The translations under genes and the position numbers were made by a program. From an uncultured Candidatus Saccharibacteria bacterium (GTDB taxonomy: Bacteria > Patescibacteriota > Minisyncoccia > Phycocordibacterales > UBA2100), in the NCBI GenBank assembly GCA_964534465.1, contig CAZHOB010000003.1, positions 14,843 through 78,842 of the forward strand: a stretch of DNA of 64,000 nucleotides. The letters run 5' to 3'. Below are positions 38,285-48,086 of the stretch, piece after piece. Each line of letters starts with the position of its first letter. The first letter of the stretch is position 1. A model generated the notes under the pieces. It ran no database searches, had not been told where the DNA came from, and was given only the letters and a program-made list of their open reading frames with translations.

Positions 38285-39118
38285 CTAGTGAACGTTTGCC
38301 GAGGAAGTGGAGCTTGCGCTCGCGCTGGCCTCGAGTCCCATTTGATGGAGAGCTTGTACCACCGAGTGAGCGTCCTCGCGTGCCTTGTGGAGATCGTCGA
38401 GTGCTGCCTTGACCTTGGCGCGTGCTTCCTTGAGCGCCTGTTCGTTGGCCTGCATCTTGGCCTGATCGCCGTTGTCGGGAGTGAGCGAAGCCACGAGCGA
38501 TACCGCCGCATCGGCCTGCACGTTGGCATCCGAAATCTTGGCGTTCATGTCGGTGAGGCTCGCATTGAGTGCCGTTACGTCCTTGCCGGCCGTCTGCGCC
38601 GCGGCGATGCGTGCTTGCAACTTGGCGGCGAATTCCGTAAAGAGGTCGCCGGTAGCCTTCACCTTATCCGCTGCCACCTCGATGCGTCCCTGCGGAATGA
38701 CAAGCATAAAGATGCGGTAGCTGCCGGTGATGGATTTGATATCCGTCTTCAGAGTGTCGATGTCACTATCGGCATCGATCTTGCCCTTGAGTGCTGAGAG
38801 CGCCGATACCTGGGCGGCCACATCGGCTGCGAGCGATGATTTCATCGATGCGGAAACCTTGACCATTGCCTGCACGCGCGTATTCAGATCATTGAGAGCG
38901 CTGACGCGACGGTCGATCTCCTGATCGGCATGACTTTTTGCATTGGCAATGCGTGTCTGCAGACGCGCATCCACTGTGGCGCTAGCGCCGGCATTGGTGC
39001 CTACAGCGCTCGCTTGCACGGTCGCGCTACCCGATGTGTCCACATCAAGGGCAAGAACGGGCGATGCCATGAGCATCGTAGCCAGAGAGAGTCCTGCAAT
39101 TTTAGTTATAGTGTTCAT
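38285..39118 (-). CDS. Secreted coiled-coil protein
   Basis: Signal peptide; Ala-rich heptads, EIDRRV..L, YRIF. Confidence 0.8.
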   Translation of the reverse strand: MNTITKIAGLSLATMLMASPVLALDVDTSGSATVQASAVGTNAGASATVDARLQTRIANAKSHADQEIDRRVSALNDLNTRVQAMVKVSASMKSSLAADVAAQVSALSALKGKIDADSDIDTLKTDIKSITGSYRIFMLVIPQGRIEVAADKVKATGDLFTEFAAKLQARIAAAQTAGKDVTALNASLTDMNAKISDANVQADAAVSLVASLTPDNGDQAKMQANEQALKEARAKVKAALDDLHKAREDAHSVVQALHQMGLEASASASSTSSANVH

Positions 39119-39135
39119 ATTATTCTGTTTGTTAC

Positions 39136-39423
39136 TTATTCCGTTTGTTTTACGGGTTGATCAGTTTGCGAAGCTGCGCTCTGCGCGCTTGCTGTCGTAT
39201 CTATCTGCCCATCGATCTGGGTCATATCGGTGTCGAGTTCACCGTCGGTATTTCCTGTCGTGGAAAGCCCGCCTGTCTTTTGCTGTTGCACCGGCTGCTG
39301 AACCTCCTGCTGCTGCGTAGGCGGCGTTTGCGTGAGCGCTCCCGGCCCGGCAGTTTGTTTCCAAATAAACCATGACGCCGCGCCGACCACGACGAGCGCC
39401 ACTACCCACATGACTACTTTCAT
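39136..39423 (-). CDS. Membrane-anchored low-complexity protein
   Basis: N-terminal TM, Q/T-rich body. Confidence 0.7.
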   Translation of the reverse strand: MKVVMWVVALVVVGAASWFIWKQTAGPGALTQTPPTQQQEVQQPVQQQKTGGLSTTGNTDGELDTDMTQIDGQIDTTASAQSAASQTDQPVKQTE

Positions 39424-39590
39424 ACGATTTTGTCTGCGTTTGTAACTAAATTTATAATTCTGTGTTGGCATCGTACCATAGATGACGAATATGACCTCGA
39501 CGGCTTACTGTGGAATTACTGTGCAAAACTGTTGACACCTACAACAACCGTAATCTGCTTGTGCAAGCCTCGCTTGCAACATCCTGAGGT

Positions 39591-39908
39591 TCAACTGAAA
39601 GTAGACTTGATGACCCAGCTTTCTATCGGAGGCTCTTCATATGGATGCGTCTTTTTAATGGCATCAAGCACTGGTTCGAGGATGGATTCATCGCATACAA
39701 ATTCTATCCTTTCTTCTTCGACTTCTTCCAGTTTCCCCACCTCTCCAATGGCAGGCGCAGCTCCGTCGTGAGGAATAAACCGTCCGATACCTTTGCTCGA
39801 AAAACTGCAATGAGAGTAATTGCCGATCTTGCCGCCGCCGGCATCACCGATCGCCGCGCGCAGAACCTCCGCGTGAGTTACGGGGACGAATACGACGACC
39901 TTCTGCAT
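39591..39908 (-). CDS. NIF3/YqfO PII-like domain protein
   Basis: GGGKIGNYSHCSF, G.GRF.P, THPYEEP. Confidence 0.9.
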   Translation of the reverse strand: MQKVVVFVPVTHAEVLRAAIGDAGGGKIGNYSHCSFSSKGIGRFIPHDGAAPAIGEVGKLEEVEEERIEFVCDESILEPVLDAIKKTHPYEEPPIESWVIKSTFS

Positions 39909-39909
39909 A

Positions 39910-40314
39910 TTAATGATGATGCTGCTCCAAAATCTTCAAAATTTTATCCAGCTTATCGTCCTCGATGCGCGCTAGGCGCATTTGCAGGTCTTCTATCTCT
40001 TTCTTGGCCTGCACATTGGTGTCAAAGTCGGCATCGGCTTTGGCACGGTCGCGTTCGTTTTGCCTGTTTTGCGACATCATAATGATAGGAGCAGCGTATG
40101 CCGCTTGGGTGGAGAACAGAAGATTCAATAGAATAAAAGGATACGGATCCCAGTGTTGGTACCAAGCAACGAGATTGAGAAACACCCAGAAGGCGACGAA
40201 TACGGATTGCCCGATGATGAATGCCCACGAGCCAATTCCCGCGGCCAGCGCGTCGGCCACCCGAGCGCCCATCGTGCGACTTTCCCTATGCTTCTCGTGC
40301 CACGTACGTGCCAT
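39910..40314 (-). CDS. DUF1003 family membrane protein
   Basis: GSWAFI, DPYPFILLNL, APIIMMSQNRQ. Confidence 0.92.
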   Translation of the reverse strand: MARTWHEKHRESRTMGARVADALAAGIGSWAFIIGQSVFVAFWVFLNLVAWYQHWDPYPFILLNLLFSTQAAYAAPIIMMSQNRQNERDRAKADADFDTNVQAKKEIEDLQMRLARIEDDKLDKILKILEQHHH

Positions 40315-40347
40315 AGAGACCAGTGTTACACGCGACGTAGGGCGAGT

Positions 40348-40371
40348 GCAATGTGAACATGTTCACATTGC
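40348..40371. promoter_or_regulatory. Perfect 24-bp palindrome containing TGTGA-N6-TCACA
   Basis: GCAATGTGAACATGTTCACATTGC upstream of DUF1003 gene. Confidence 0.45.
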
Positions 40372-40436
40372 CGAGTACAGCCCTGCCGCACGAAGTGGGC
40401 AGGGAGCGTGAAATCAACTGCCCGAAGGGCGTTGAT

Positions 40437-41210
40437 TTACACGTTTCTCGCGAGTTTGACGAGCGCTTTGTGCACAGCCGGATTACCGGCGATCATATTC
40501 ATGTCTTTGAAACTCCACGGCTCACCTCTCGTATTGGTAACGACGCATCCGGATTCTTCTAAGATGAGCGAGGGCGGCGCGAAATCGTGGAGCTGACCAG
40601 AATAGGTCCACATCCAGTCTTTGCGACCGCTCGCCACGTAGCACGCGTTCACGCACATCGCTCCAAATGAATGCTGGTGCAACGAAGTCGTTTTGCCCGC
40701 CTTCAGCAAGCTGCGGTAGAGCTTTTCATTGCGGCCGTACAGATTTCCTGAGCCAGTGCCGTATGTCTGGTCGAATCCGTGCGACGAGCAGTGTATACGC
40801 TTGCCGTTGAGGTATGCTCCCTTACCCTTTTTTGCAAAATAAAATTCCTTGAGCGCTGGCAGATAGATGACCGAAAGTATGACCTCACGATTCCGTGTAA
40901 GGCAGAGCATGACACCAAAGCACGGAATGCCGAGGGAGAAATTGAGCGTTCCATCTATTGGATCGATTATCCATACGTACTGCGCGTCGGCGCGCTCATG
41001 ACCCGTCTCCTCGGAAATGATGCCGTGCTCGGGATACGCATACCTGATCGCTGTGAGGACTATCTTGTTGGAGAGCAGATCGGCCTTCGTAACGACATCC
41101 TTGCGATGATCGCTTTTCAAATAGTGAACGCCATCTTTGCCGAACCGCTTCAGTACCGTATCGCCCGCCTTTTTTGCCAAATCCTGAATGAATTTGTCGG
41201 GCGACTTCAT
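40437..41210 (-). CDS. Inositol monophosphatase family protein
   Basis: VTKAD, ISEE, WIIDPIDGTLNF, HDFA. Confidence 0.93.
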   Translation of the reverse strand: MKSPDKFIQDLAKKAGDTVLKRFGKDGVHYLKSDHRKDVVTKADLLSNKIVLTAIRYAYPEHGIISEETGHERADAQYVWIIDPIDGTLNFSLGIPCFGVMLCLTRNREVILSVIYLPALKEFYFAKKGKGAYLNGKRIHCSSHGFDQTYGTGSGNLYGRNEKLYRSLLKAGKTTSLHQHSFGAMCVNACYVASGRKDWMWTYSGQLHDFAPPSLILEESGCVVTNTRGEPWSFKDMNMIAGNPAVHKALVKLARNV

Positions 41211-41225
41211 CGGCCCACTGTACTC

Positions 41226-41594
41226 TTACATCACGGTATTCGCAACGCGGTTCCACGGCCAATTCTGCAGCGCAAGCGCGGCCGCCGCGCCGGCGATCGC
41301 GAGGTCGCGGAAAAGTATCTCGAATTGGTAGTTATCAAAGACAACGATGGCGACGAGCATCACGCTCGCAAGCGCAGATGGCCAAAAAATGCTCCGGCCC
41401 GAGAGTATCCATACGGCGATCGCGAGCTCAAGGGTACCGAAGCTATGCAGTAGCACCATGTCAGGAACGAATCCACGCAAAAAGTGCGGAAAATAGCCGA
41501 ACCACGAATCAGGATTCCAAAACGCATCTATTGCGGGAAAGGCAAAAGCGAACGCTACCGACGCCCGCAAAATCCATTCTGCAAATCTGTTCAT
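41226..41594 (-). CDS. DoxX-like membrane protein
   Basis: LRASVAF, FRDLAI; several TMs. Confidence 0.7.
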   Translation of the reverse strand: MNRFAEWILRASVAFAFAFPAIDAFWNPDSWFGYFPHFLRGFVPDMVLLHSFGTLELAIAVWILSGRSIFWPSALASVMLVAIVVFDNYQFEILFRDLAIAGAAAALALQNWPWNRVANTVM

Positions 41595-41649
41595 TACAGA
41601 ATGATACCACTCAAAACAAAAGCGCCGACAATTCGCCGACGCTCGATAG

Positions 41650-41838
41650 TTATGTATCTTTGCGAAGCGACTCGAAGACGTACTTTTTCACACCCGGATG
41701 CGGTCGCGCGCTGCCGTTGGCCCATGCTCGGATGGTGTATGGCCAAACCTCAAACCGCGTCGCGAGTTTCTCGCTTCCATGCTTGATCAAAGCCCTCGTA
41801 ACGGCTTCCGTGAATTCCTTATCACTGACCTCGGTCAT
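41650..41838 (-). CDS. Small HTH-like protein
   Basis: KLATRFEVWPYTIRAWANG..RP; SD AAGGAG. Confidence 0.65.
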   Translation of the reverse strand: MTEVSDKEFTEAVTRALIKHGSEKLATRFEVWPYTIRAWANGSARPHPGVKKYVFESLRKDT

Positions 41839-41973
41839 TGGAATTCTCCTTTCCTAATGAGGTTTTAACACGTTTTTGACGGCACATCAATATAGCTTCA
41901 TGAGAATCAGAACACAAAGATGAAGAACGGTCTAGACATGAAGAAAGTCTGAACCTATGATGGAGAGGTTCGA

Positions 41974-42657
41974 ATGAAACACGTACTTGCATGTACCGTG
42001 GGAGCGATCGCAATATTTTTCGTGATCGGTGCTCAAGGAAACTCTATGATCGCAGTTGCATCTGCGAGCTCGTCCCCTTCATCTCAAATTAATACTCCAC
42101 AGGTGCCTGACGCATCCTCCGAAGTCACGGATACGGCGCAAAATGCCACCGTTACGACCGAAGATGGCTCGATAACGCATTCGCAGACAGAACAAGTCGA
42201 AGCAACCGTTACCGATGTTCCGTCCGACCATCAAGAACATATCGTTATCCCCTCGATCGAACTCGACGACGTGGTCATCAATGTCGGCCTCAATGACAAG
42301 GGTGAAATGGCCGTACCGGATGGGAGTACGAACAACGTCGGTTGGTGGAAAGACGGCACTGTGCCCGGTCAAGATGGCAGCGCCGTCATGGACGCACACG
42401 TTTTCGCGGCCTTCAAACGGCTCCACGAACTCGCCGCAGGCGATGACATTTACATCATCAATGAAAACGCACAAAAATTGCACTTCGTAGTCGATGAAAC
42501 AAAGTATTACGCACTCGCCGATATGCCTCTCGAATATATTTTCCATCGCGCGGGCGGCTCGCACCTCGATCTCATCACCTGCGCCGGCACATTTCAAAGA
42601 TCAATGGGCACCTACGATCATCGGCTCGTCGTCTATTCCACGCTCGTCAACGATTAA
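41974..42657 (+). CDS. Class F sortase
   Basis: VGWW..GTVPGQDGSAVMDAH, LITCAG, RLVVY. Confidence 0.9.
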   Translation: MKHVLACTVGAIAIFFVIGAQGNSMIAVASASSSPSSQINTPQVPDASSEVTDTAQNATVTTEDGSITHSQTEQVEATVTDVPSDHQEHIVIPSIELDDVVINVGLNDKGEMAVPDGSTNNVGWWKDGTVPGQDGSAVMDAHVFAAFKRLHELAAGDDIYIINENAQKLHFVVDETKYYALADMPLEYIFHRAGGSHLDLITCAGTFQRSMGTYDHRLVVYSTLVND

Positions 42658-42694
42658 AAAGAATTCCCCGCGCTTGTGGCACGGGGATCAGTGT

Positions 42695-43090
42695 TCAATG
42701 GCACTCATTCAGCACGCGCCGTAGCTCTTCGCGCAGCGATGTTTTGATGAACACCTTGCGAGAGCTGGCTATCATACTGTCCAATATTGCCTGCACTTTC
42801 GGAGTCGTCATGACAAGGTGCTTTGCGGCTCGCTCCACTCGTGCTATCGATTCGGCCGACGGTACGACGATCTCGGGAAGCGACTCCCAAAACGTGTCGT
42901 TGCGCAAGATCCGCTGCCCGTAATCAAGAAGTTCTTTCATCGGGACGCTTTGTAGTGTCGCGGGATCATACCCTTCGGGTAGATCCCTTTTGACGTTGAA
43001 TAGCTTTGCCAAAATATCGAACACCATCTTGCACTTCGGAACACTCGCATTGTGCCACGTCGGCACGTCCCAGCTAGTATTCTCGGTCAT
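42695..43090 (-). CDS. Hypothetical protein (ORFan cassette)
   Basis: SD GGAGG; -35 TTGACA within last codons of gdhA. Confidence 0.7.
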   Translation of the reverse strand: MTENTSWDVPTWHNASVPKCKMVFDILAKLFNVKRDLPEGYDPATLQSVPMKELLDYGQRILRNDTFWESLPEIVVPSAESIARVERAAKHLVMTTPKVQAILDSMIASSRKVFIKTSLREELRRVLNECH

Positions 43091-43135
43091 TGCCGACCTC
43101 CAACTTGTTTTTACCTGGAATATTTGTACACTTCT

Positions 43136-44407
43136 TCACTGTTTTGTCAACCTCCGCAGTGCCACGATATACGCCGCTTCGCGGAGAGTAACTTTGTGTT
43201 TTTGCGAAGATTCGAGGACGGCCTTGGTCGCGGCGCGCATTTTGGTGCGGAGTTTTTTGAAGACATCCTCCTTTTTCCATTTCCTGCGCTCGATATTCTG
43301 GAACCATTCGAAATAACTGACTGCTACCCCGCCTGCATTGGCAAGAATGTCGGGGATGACCGTGATCTTTCTGGTATTGAGGATGACATCCGCGGCAGCG
43401 GTCGTCGGGCCATTGGCCATTTCGAGCACGATACTCGCTTTGATGTCGCCGGCGTTCTTTTCAGTAATGGAATTTTCAAGCGCGGCAGGTACGACGATAT
43501 CGACGGGAAGTGTGAGCGCTTCATCCGGCGAGATGTCGCGGCCACCGAGTTTTTCCATATTCGAGAGATCGCACACCGAGCCGATACAATAGCAGCCAGC
43601 CAAATGGCCGCTCTTCTTTTTGCATTCCTCCACGGCCTTCAGGTCTTCGATGCCGCTGGGGATATAAATACCGCCCTTTGAATCAGACAGCGCGACTATT
43701 TTCATGCCCGCGGCCTGCAAGTATTCCGCAAGGTATGAGCCGACGTTGCCGAATCCCTGAATGGCCACCGTCATGCCTTTTGGATCTTTGCCGATTTTTT
43801 CGAGATACATCTGGAGTGCGTAAAAACCGCCGAGACCAGTCGCTTCAGTGCGACCCTGCGAACCGCCGTGCTCGATGGGCTTGCCGGTAACTACCGCGGG
43901 TGCTTTTTTGCCGACTTCCTTTTCATACGCGTCACGGAACCACGCCATCACTCGGCCATTCGTGTTCACGTCCGGCGCGGGCACGTCGGTATGCGGACCG
44001 ATGGCCGGCGCGAGCGCGCGGGCAAAGGCGCGCGTGAGCCGCTCGAGCTCTTTTTCAGAAAGTTTTTTCGGATCAACGATGATACCGCCCTTGCCGCCGC
44101 CGAAAGGCACTTCCACGACGGCATTTTTCATCGTCATCCAAAATGCCAGCGCCTTCACCTCGTCCATGTCCACCTTGGGATGATAGCGAAGCCCGCCTTT
44201 GTACGGCCCGCGTATGTTGTTGTGCTGGACGCGAAAACCCTTGAATACTTTTACACTCCCGTCGTCCATCTTGATGGGCAGCGACACTTCAATGGTCCTG
44301 TCCGGATTTTCAAGCCGTGCAATATCGAGCGGATGGAGATCTACACGCGAAGCGGCTGCTTTCAAGAGACCTTGCGCTCGCTCCCATGGGTTGTTGCTCT
44401 GCGACAT
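43136..44407 (-). CDS. gdhA: Glutamate dehydrogenase (Glu/Leu/Phe/Val family)
   Basis: GPYKGGLRY, PFGGGKGG, DVPAPDV, QGFGNVG, EMANGP. Confidence 0.93.
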   Translation of the reverse strand: MSQSNNPWERAQGLLKAAASRVDLHPLDIARLENPDRTIEVSLPIKMDDGSVKVFKGFRVQHNNIRGPYKGGLRYHPKVDMDEVKALAFWMTMKNAVVEVPFGGGKGGIIVDPKKLSEKELERLTRAFARALAPAIGPHTDVPAPDVNTNGRVMAWFRDAYEKEVGKKAPAVVTGKPIEHGGSQGRTEATGLGGFYALQMYLEKIGKDPKGMTVAIQGFGNVGSYLAEYLQAAGMKIVALSDSKGGIYIPSGIEDLKAVEECKKKSGHLAGCYCIGSVCDLSNMEKLGGRDISPDEALTLPVDIVVPAALENSITEKNAGDIKASIVLEMANGPTTAAADVILNTRKITVIPDILANAGGVAVSYFEWFQNIERRKWKKEDVFKKLRTKMRAATKAVLESSQKHKVTLREAAYIVALRRLTKQ

Positions 44408-44534
44408 AGGCGGTCATCATAATGCCAAACTCGTATGTCTACAATGAACGAATTGACACGACCCGTACTTAGTTGTACCTTAACTCCGGTCTCGGGAATG
44501 GTCCCGAGCCATAGAGAGAGAGAAAGGTCTGGCA

Positions 44535-45089
44535 ATGGACAAGTCCATCAGACTTCCTCTGGTTCTCGGCGTGCTCAAGGTGCCTGCCGAACAGCTGGAT
44601 CAAGGTGAGTGGATCGTTTTGATCGAACGCGCACTGGCGTTCTGCAAGCCGCATATAAAATTCTTTCCCGGATTCAAATCCGTGGAAGATTGCGGTAAAG
44701 AACTGTCACTGTGTCGGGCAAATGACTTTAAGATCGAGGTGGATAATGTCGACATGGTATCCTACCCTCGATTTGCTGTTATCGCCGGCAAAAAGGTCGG
44801 CGCCCCGGTGATTCTCCTGTTGACTCGCGAAGGAGAGTTGGTCGAGTGGCAACGATCGAGTCGCTGGGTCGGTGCGCAAAGTATCGGCGTACGGACAGAC
44901 TACCTTTGGCGGTTTCGGTATCTTTCTATAGGGGACTTTTTCGCTGAAATGACGCCTGACACGGCCAAAGAAGTCTTGCAGTCGCTTCAGAGGCTCGTGG
45001 AAGGATACTACCAAGTTCGTCTGAAGTATGCGGAATCCGCACGCCGCCTGCGGGATACGTTCTCCGGCATCCTTGAAAGGATCGGCTGA
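44535..45089 (+). CDS. Hypothetical protein (ORFan cassette)
   Basis: TTGACA promoter, purine-rich SD, shared terminator with zwf. Confidence 0.7.
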   Translation: MDKSIRLPLVLGVLKVPAEQLDQGEWIVLIERALAFCKPHIKFFPGFKSVEDCGKELSLCRANDFKIEVDNVDMVSYPRFAVIAGKKVGAPVILLLTREGELVEWQRSSRWVGAQSIGVRTDYLWRFRYLSIGDFFAEMTPDTAKEVLQSLQRLVEGYYQVRLKYAESARRLRDTFSGILERIG

Positions 45090-45117
45090 ATCGACGCGCC
45101 AGCTCTCTGAGCTGGCG

Positions 45118-46551
45118 CTATTTTTTTTGAGGATGAGAATCAGGAGTGTACGTTTGCAGTGGAACGACATTGCGCCCCCACGCGTCGAGGATCGGGTCGG
45201 TAAAGCGCCACATGGCGCGGATCTCCTTGGTGGATATGAAGAGCGTTTGGTCGCCGCGCACACAATCGAGAAGCAATTTGGCGTACTCTTCCACATACGG
45301 CACGTGCGCGGACTCGTCGCGATGCAGGTAATGAATGATCTTCCTATCCGTGCGGAAGGTGAAACCCGGACGTTTGGCCCAAAATTCGATAAGTATCTCT
45401 TCGCGCGGCTCCATGCGAAAGATGACCCGATTGGTGTGGTGCGGCTGCTCCTTGGGACACATGCACGGCGTCGGATGTTTGAAGGTAACGACGATCTCTT
45501 TGTGCGCATTGCCCATACGTTTGCCGCTTTCCATTACGAACGGAACGCCGGCCCATGTAGGATGCGAGAGTAGTGTCGTCACCCTGAAGTACGTCTCGGT
45601 CTTGGAATTCTTGGTTACACCCGGGATATCTTTGTAACCTTTGTATTGAGCGCGAAAGGTCATTTCTTTGACCTGCTTCTTGGTCATCGGCTGCAGCGCT
45701 TCGAGTATCGCGGTGCGCTTTTTTTGTATCTCGTCGGCATCGAAGCTCGCCGGTCGCTCCATTGCGATGAGTGCGAGCATTTGCAACAAGTGGTTTTGCC
45801 CCACGTCGCGCAGTGCGCCGACCGATTCGTAAAAGGGGCCGCGCTTCTCTACGCCGACACTTTCGAGCACCTTGATGTGGACGCTCTCTATGAGCTCACT
45901 GCCCCACGGTATCTCAAAAAGATTATTTGAAAATCGGAACGTGAGGATGTTCTGCAGCATCTCTTTGGCGAGATAGTGATCGATGCGATAGATCTGATCT
46001 TCATCGAAAAGTTTCCCGAGCAGCTCGTCGATCTTTTTTGCTGTCCGGAGGTCCACGCCGAAGGGTTTCTCCACGATGATGCTTGTGCTGCCGCCGTGCG
46101 GAGGCCCCGGATCGCAGGATTCCGTGAGAGCGGTCTTGTCGAGCTGTTTGAGAATGAGGCTGTAGTATTCGGGTGCAACGGCAAGATAGAAAAGCTTGTT
46201 GGCACACTGGCCCCAGCTTTTGTCGCACGCATCGAAAGTACGCTTCAGCGCATGATAGCTTTCGGTCTGCTCGAAAGTGCCCTGCTGGAATTTGAATATC
46301 TTGAGGAATTGTTCGACACTGCTTCGCACGAGTTTTTTGTTCTCGAACTCTTCGAGCACACCCAATATGTAATCTTGGTAATCCTTGTCGCTCCAATCTC
46401 TGCGCGAGAAACCGACGACGCGAAATCGGGTCGGAAGTTCGTTCTTCTGGTGCAAATAGTAGAGCGACGGCACCACTTTACGCCGCATAAGATCGCCGGT
46501 CGCACCGAATGCGACGAATATCGTCGGTATATTGCCGGTCGGGACCACCAT
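45118..46551 (-). CDS. zwf: Glucose-6-phosphate 1-dehydrogenase
   Basis: GATGDL, EKPFG, RIDHYLAKE, QNHLLQ. Confidence 0.96.
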   Translation of the reverse strand: MVVPTGNIPTIFVAFGATGDLMRRKVVPSLYYLHQKNELPTRFRVVGFSRRDWSDKDYQDYILGVLEEFENKKLVRSSVEQFLKIFKFQQGTFEQTESYHALKRTFDACDKSWGQCANKLFYLAVAPEYYSLILKQLDKTALTESCDPGPPHGGSTSIIVEKPFGVDLRTAKKIDELLGKLFDEDQIYRIDHYLAKEMLQNILTFRFSNNLFEIPWGSELIESVHIKVLESVGVEKRGPFYESVGALRDVGQNHLLQMLALIAMERPASFDADEIQKKRTAILEALQPMTKKQVKEMTFRAQYKGYKDIPGVTKNSKTETYFRVTTLLSHPTWAGVPFVMESGKRMGNAHKEIVVTFKHPTPCMCPKEQPHHTNRVIFRMEPREEILIEFWAKRPGFTFRTDRKIIHYLHRDESAHVPYVEEYAKLLLDCVRGDQTLFISTKEIRAMWRFTDPILDAWGRNVVPLQTYTPDSHPQKK

Positions 46552-46647
46552 AATGCGCTCATTCTACAGCAAAAGGGCAATTTGACGTGTGAATTCAAAA
46601 AAGTAGACTGTGGCGGGGAATTCTCCCCGTTCATTGAGGAGTTGAGA

Positions 46648-48039
46648 ATGTACAAGGACGAAATCCTCGACAGAATAGCTGTCGAGGGAGCCAACGTCGC
46701 CCAGTTCGCGAGCTTCGCTCCGGATGGCAAGCAGAGATTCTCGCGTATTCGCGGAGTCCTGCCTGATCATCGGTTCGCCAACTTTGAAGAAGCCGCGGCA
46801 TCGATCCAAAGGACCGGTGCATCCTTCGTCAATATCCGTACCTTCCTGCCACAGAAGCCGGACGGCAATCCGTTCGTCTTCGGTCGCAAGGGGTTCGATA
46901 CTCCCGCCAAAGTCGCCGCCAAAGTACGAGAGTTCCTCGCTGAAGGGTTCTATGTGATCCTGAATGAGGAGATCGATATACGCGACGGCGGATTTTCGGG
47001 GGTCATGATAGGTAACGTCGCGGAGTTCGCCACACGCGACATTCCGCGATGCGTCGAGAAGCCCGGCTGCGCTGTTCTGCCGCGCTTGAAAACGATCAAG
47101 ATGGCGCGACTGATCTACGGTCGTCGGATCAATATTCCGTACGATCGAAGCTATCGCGTGGAATTCTCCGTCCACCCCGACGCGGTGGGGTACTACCGCG
47201 AGCACCAGATAATCTGGCAGGTGGAGAAGACCGCGCACGGCAAAGACACGCCGGAACCTGTTCCGTCGTGGCCGAATCGCGTGAGTGCGGACATGGGCGA
47301 CAAGGCATATGGGCTTCTCATGGCTCATTTGTACGATGTCGGTCTCGTGCCGCATACGACCGTCGTCGGTCGGTACCTTCCGAAGTTCGAGTTCGGGACA
47401 AGAACCGAATCGGAATCCGATTGCTGGCGACGCACCTGTCCCAAAGAACAGCAGCCCGGACTCTTTACGACGGCGCACGGACAGGTGGATCCTTTCGAGC
47501 TCATGCAAAAAGAGGATCCTGATGCGAAGAAGATCACGGCGTTCATCTTCCAGGATAACGTCGACGCTGTTTTCTCCGGCGCAGCCATCACCGGCGGCGA
47601 CGGTGAGCTCATCATCGAAGGTAAGGCCGGACACGGCGATGACTTCATGGTGGGAGCGGGTGGCCCGAGTACTCTTCCCGACAAGGTGACCGACATCGTT
47701 CGCAATCACTGGGAGGTCGCCAAAAAAGACTTTGGCCCCGTTCGCTTCGAGTGGGTGTACGACCGCAAAGGCTCTCTGTGGATCGTGCAGTTCCATGTGG
47801 GGCAGTCGGCTTCTTCGGGCAACACGGTGTATCCGGGCGAACCGGAGAAATTCGTGGAGTTCGATGTGGCACGAGGTCTCGAGGAATTGCGCGTACTTGC
47901 CGCGCAAGCGAGCACTGAAAGCTTCGGTGTGATCCTCCGCGGCAACGTCGGGATCACCTCGCACTTCGGTGACATCCTCCGGCGAAGCAAAGTTCCTTCG
48001 CGACTCGAGCGAGTCGTCGCAGAAAAGATGAGTGCGTAA
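46648..48039 (+). CDS. PEP-utilising-enzyme-like protein (ATP-grasp plus His domain)
   Basis: FQDNV..FSGAAIT, IEG..GHGDDFMVG, FEWV..LWIVQ, C-terminal GITSHFGDILR; SD GAGGAG. Confidence 0.65.
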   Translation: MYKDEILDRIAVEGANVAQFASFAPDGKQRFSRIRGVLPDHRFANFEEAAASIQRTGASFVNIRTFLPQKPDGNPFVFGRKGFDTPAKVAAKVREFLAEGFYVILNEEIDIRDGGFSGVMIGNVAEFATRDIPRCVEKPGCAVLPRLKTIKMARLIYGRRINIPYDRSYRVEFSVHPDAVGYYREHQIIWQVEKTAHGKDTPEPVPSWPNRVSADMGDKAYGLLMAHLYDVGLVPHTTVVGRYLPKFEFGTRTESESDCWRRTCPKEQQPGLFTTAHGQVDPFELMQKEDPDAKKITAFIFQDNVDAVFSGAAITGGDGELIIEGKAGHGDDFMVGAGGPSTLPDKVTDIVRNHWEVAKKDFGPVRFEWVYDRKGSLWIVQFHVGQSASSGNTVYPGEPEKFVEFDVARGLEELRVLAAQASTESFGVILRGNVGITSHFGDILRRSKVPSRLERVVAEKMSA

Positions 48040-48086
48040 TGTGTCGCCCCGAACCGCTTGCGGTTCGGGGCTTTTTTTCTATCTAA

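Noticed and set aside
45976-46647. 687-aa ORF extension of 46648-48039
   Set aside because: The upstream part is antisense to zwf; SD and promoter support ATG 46648.
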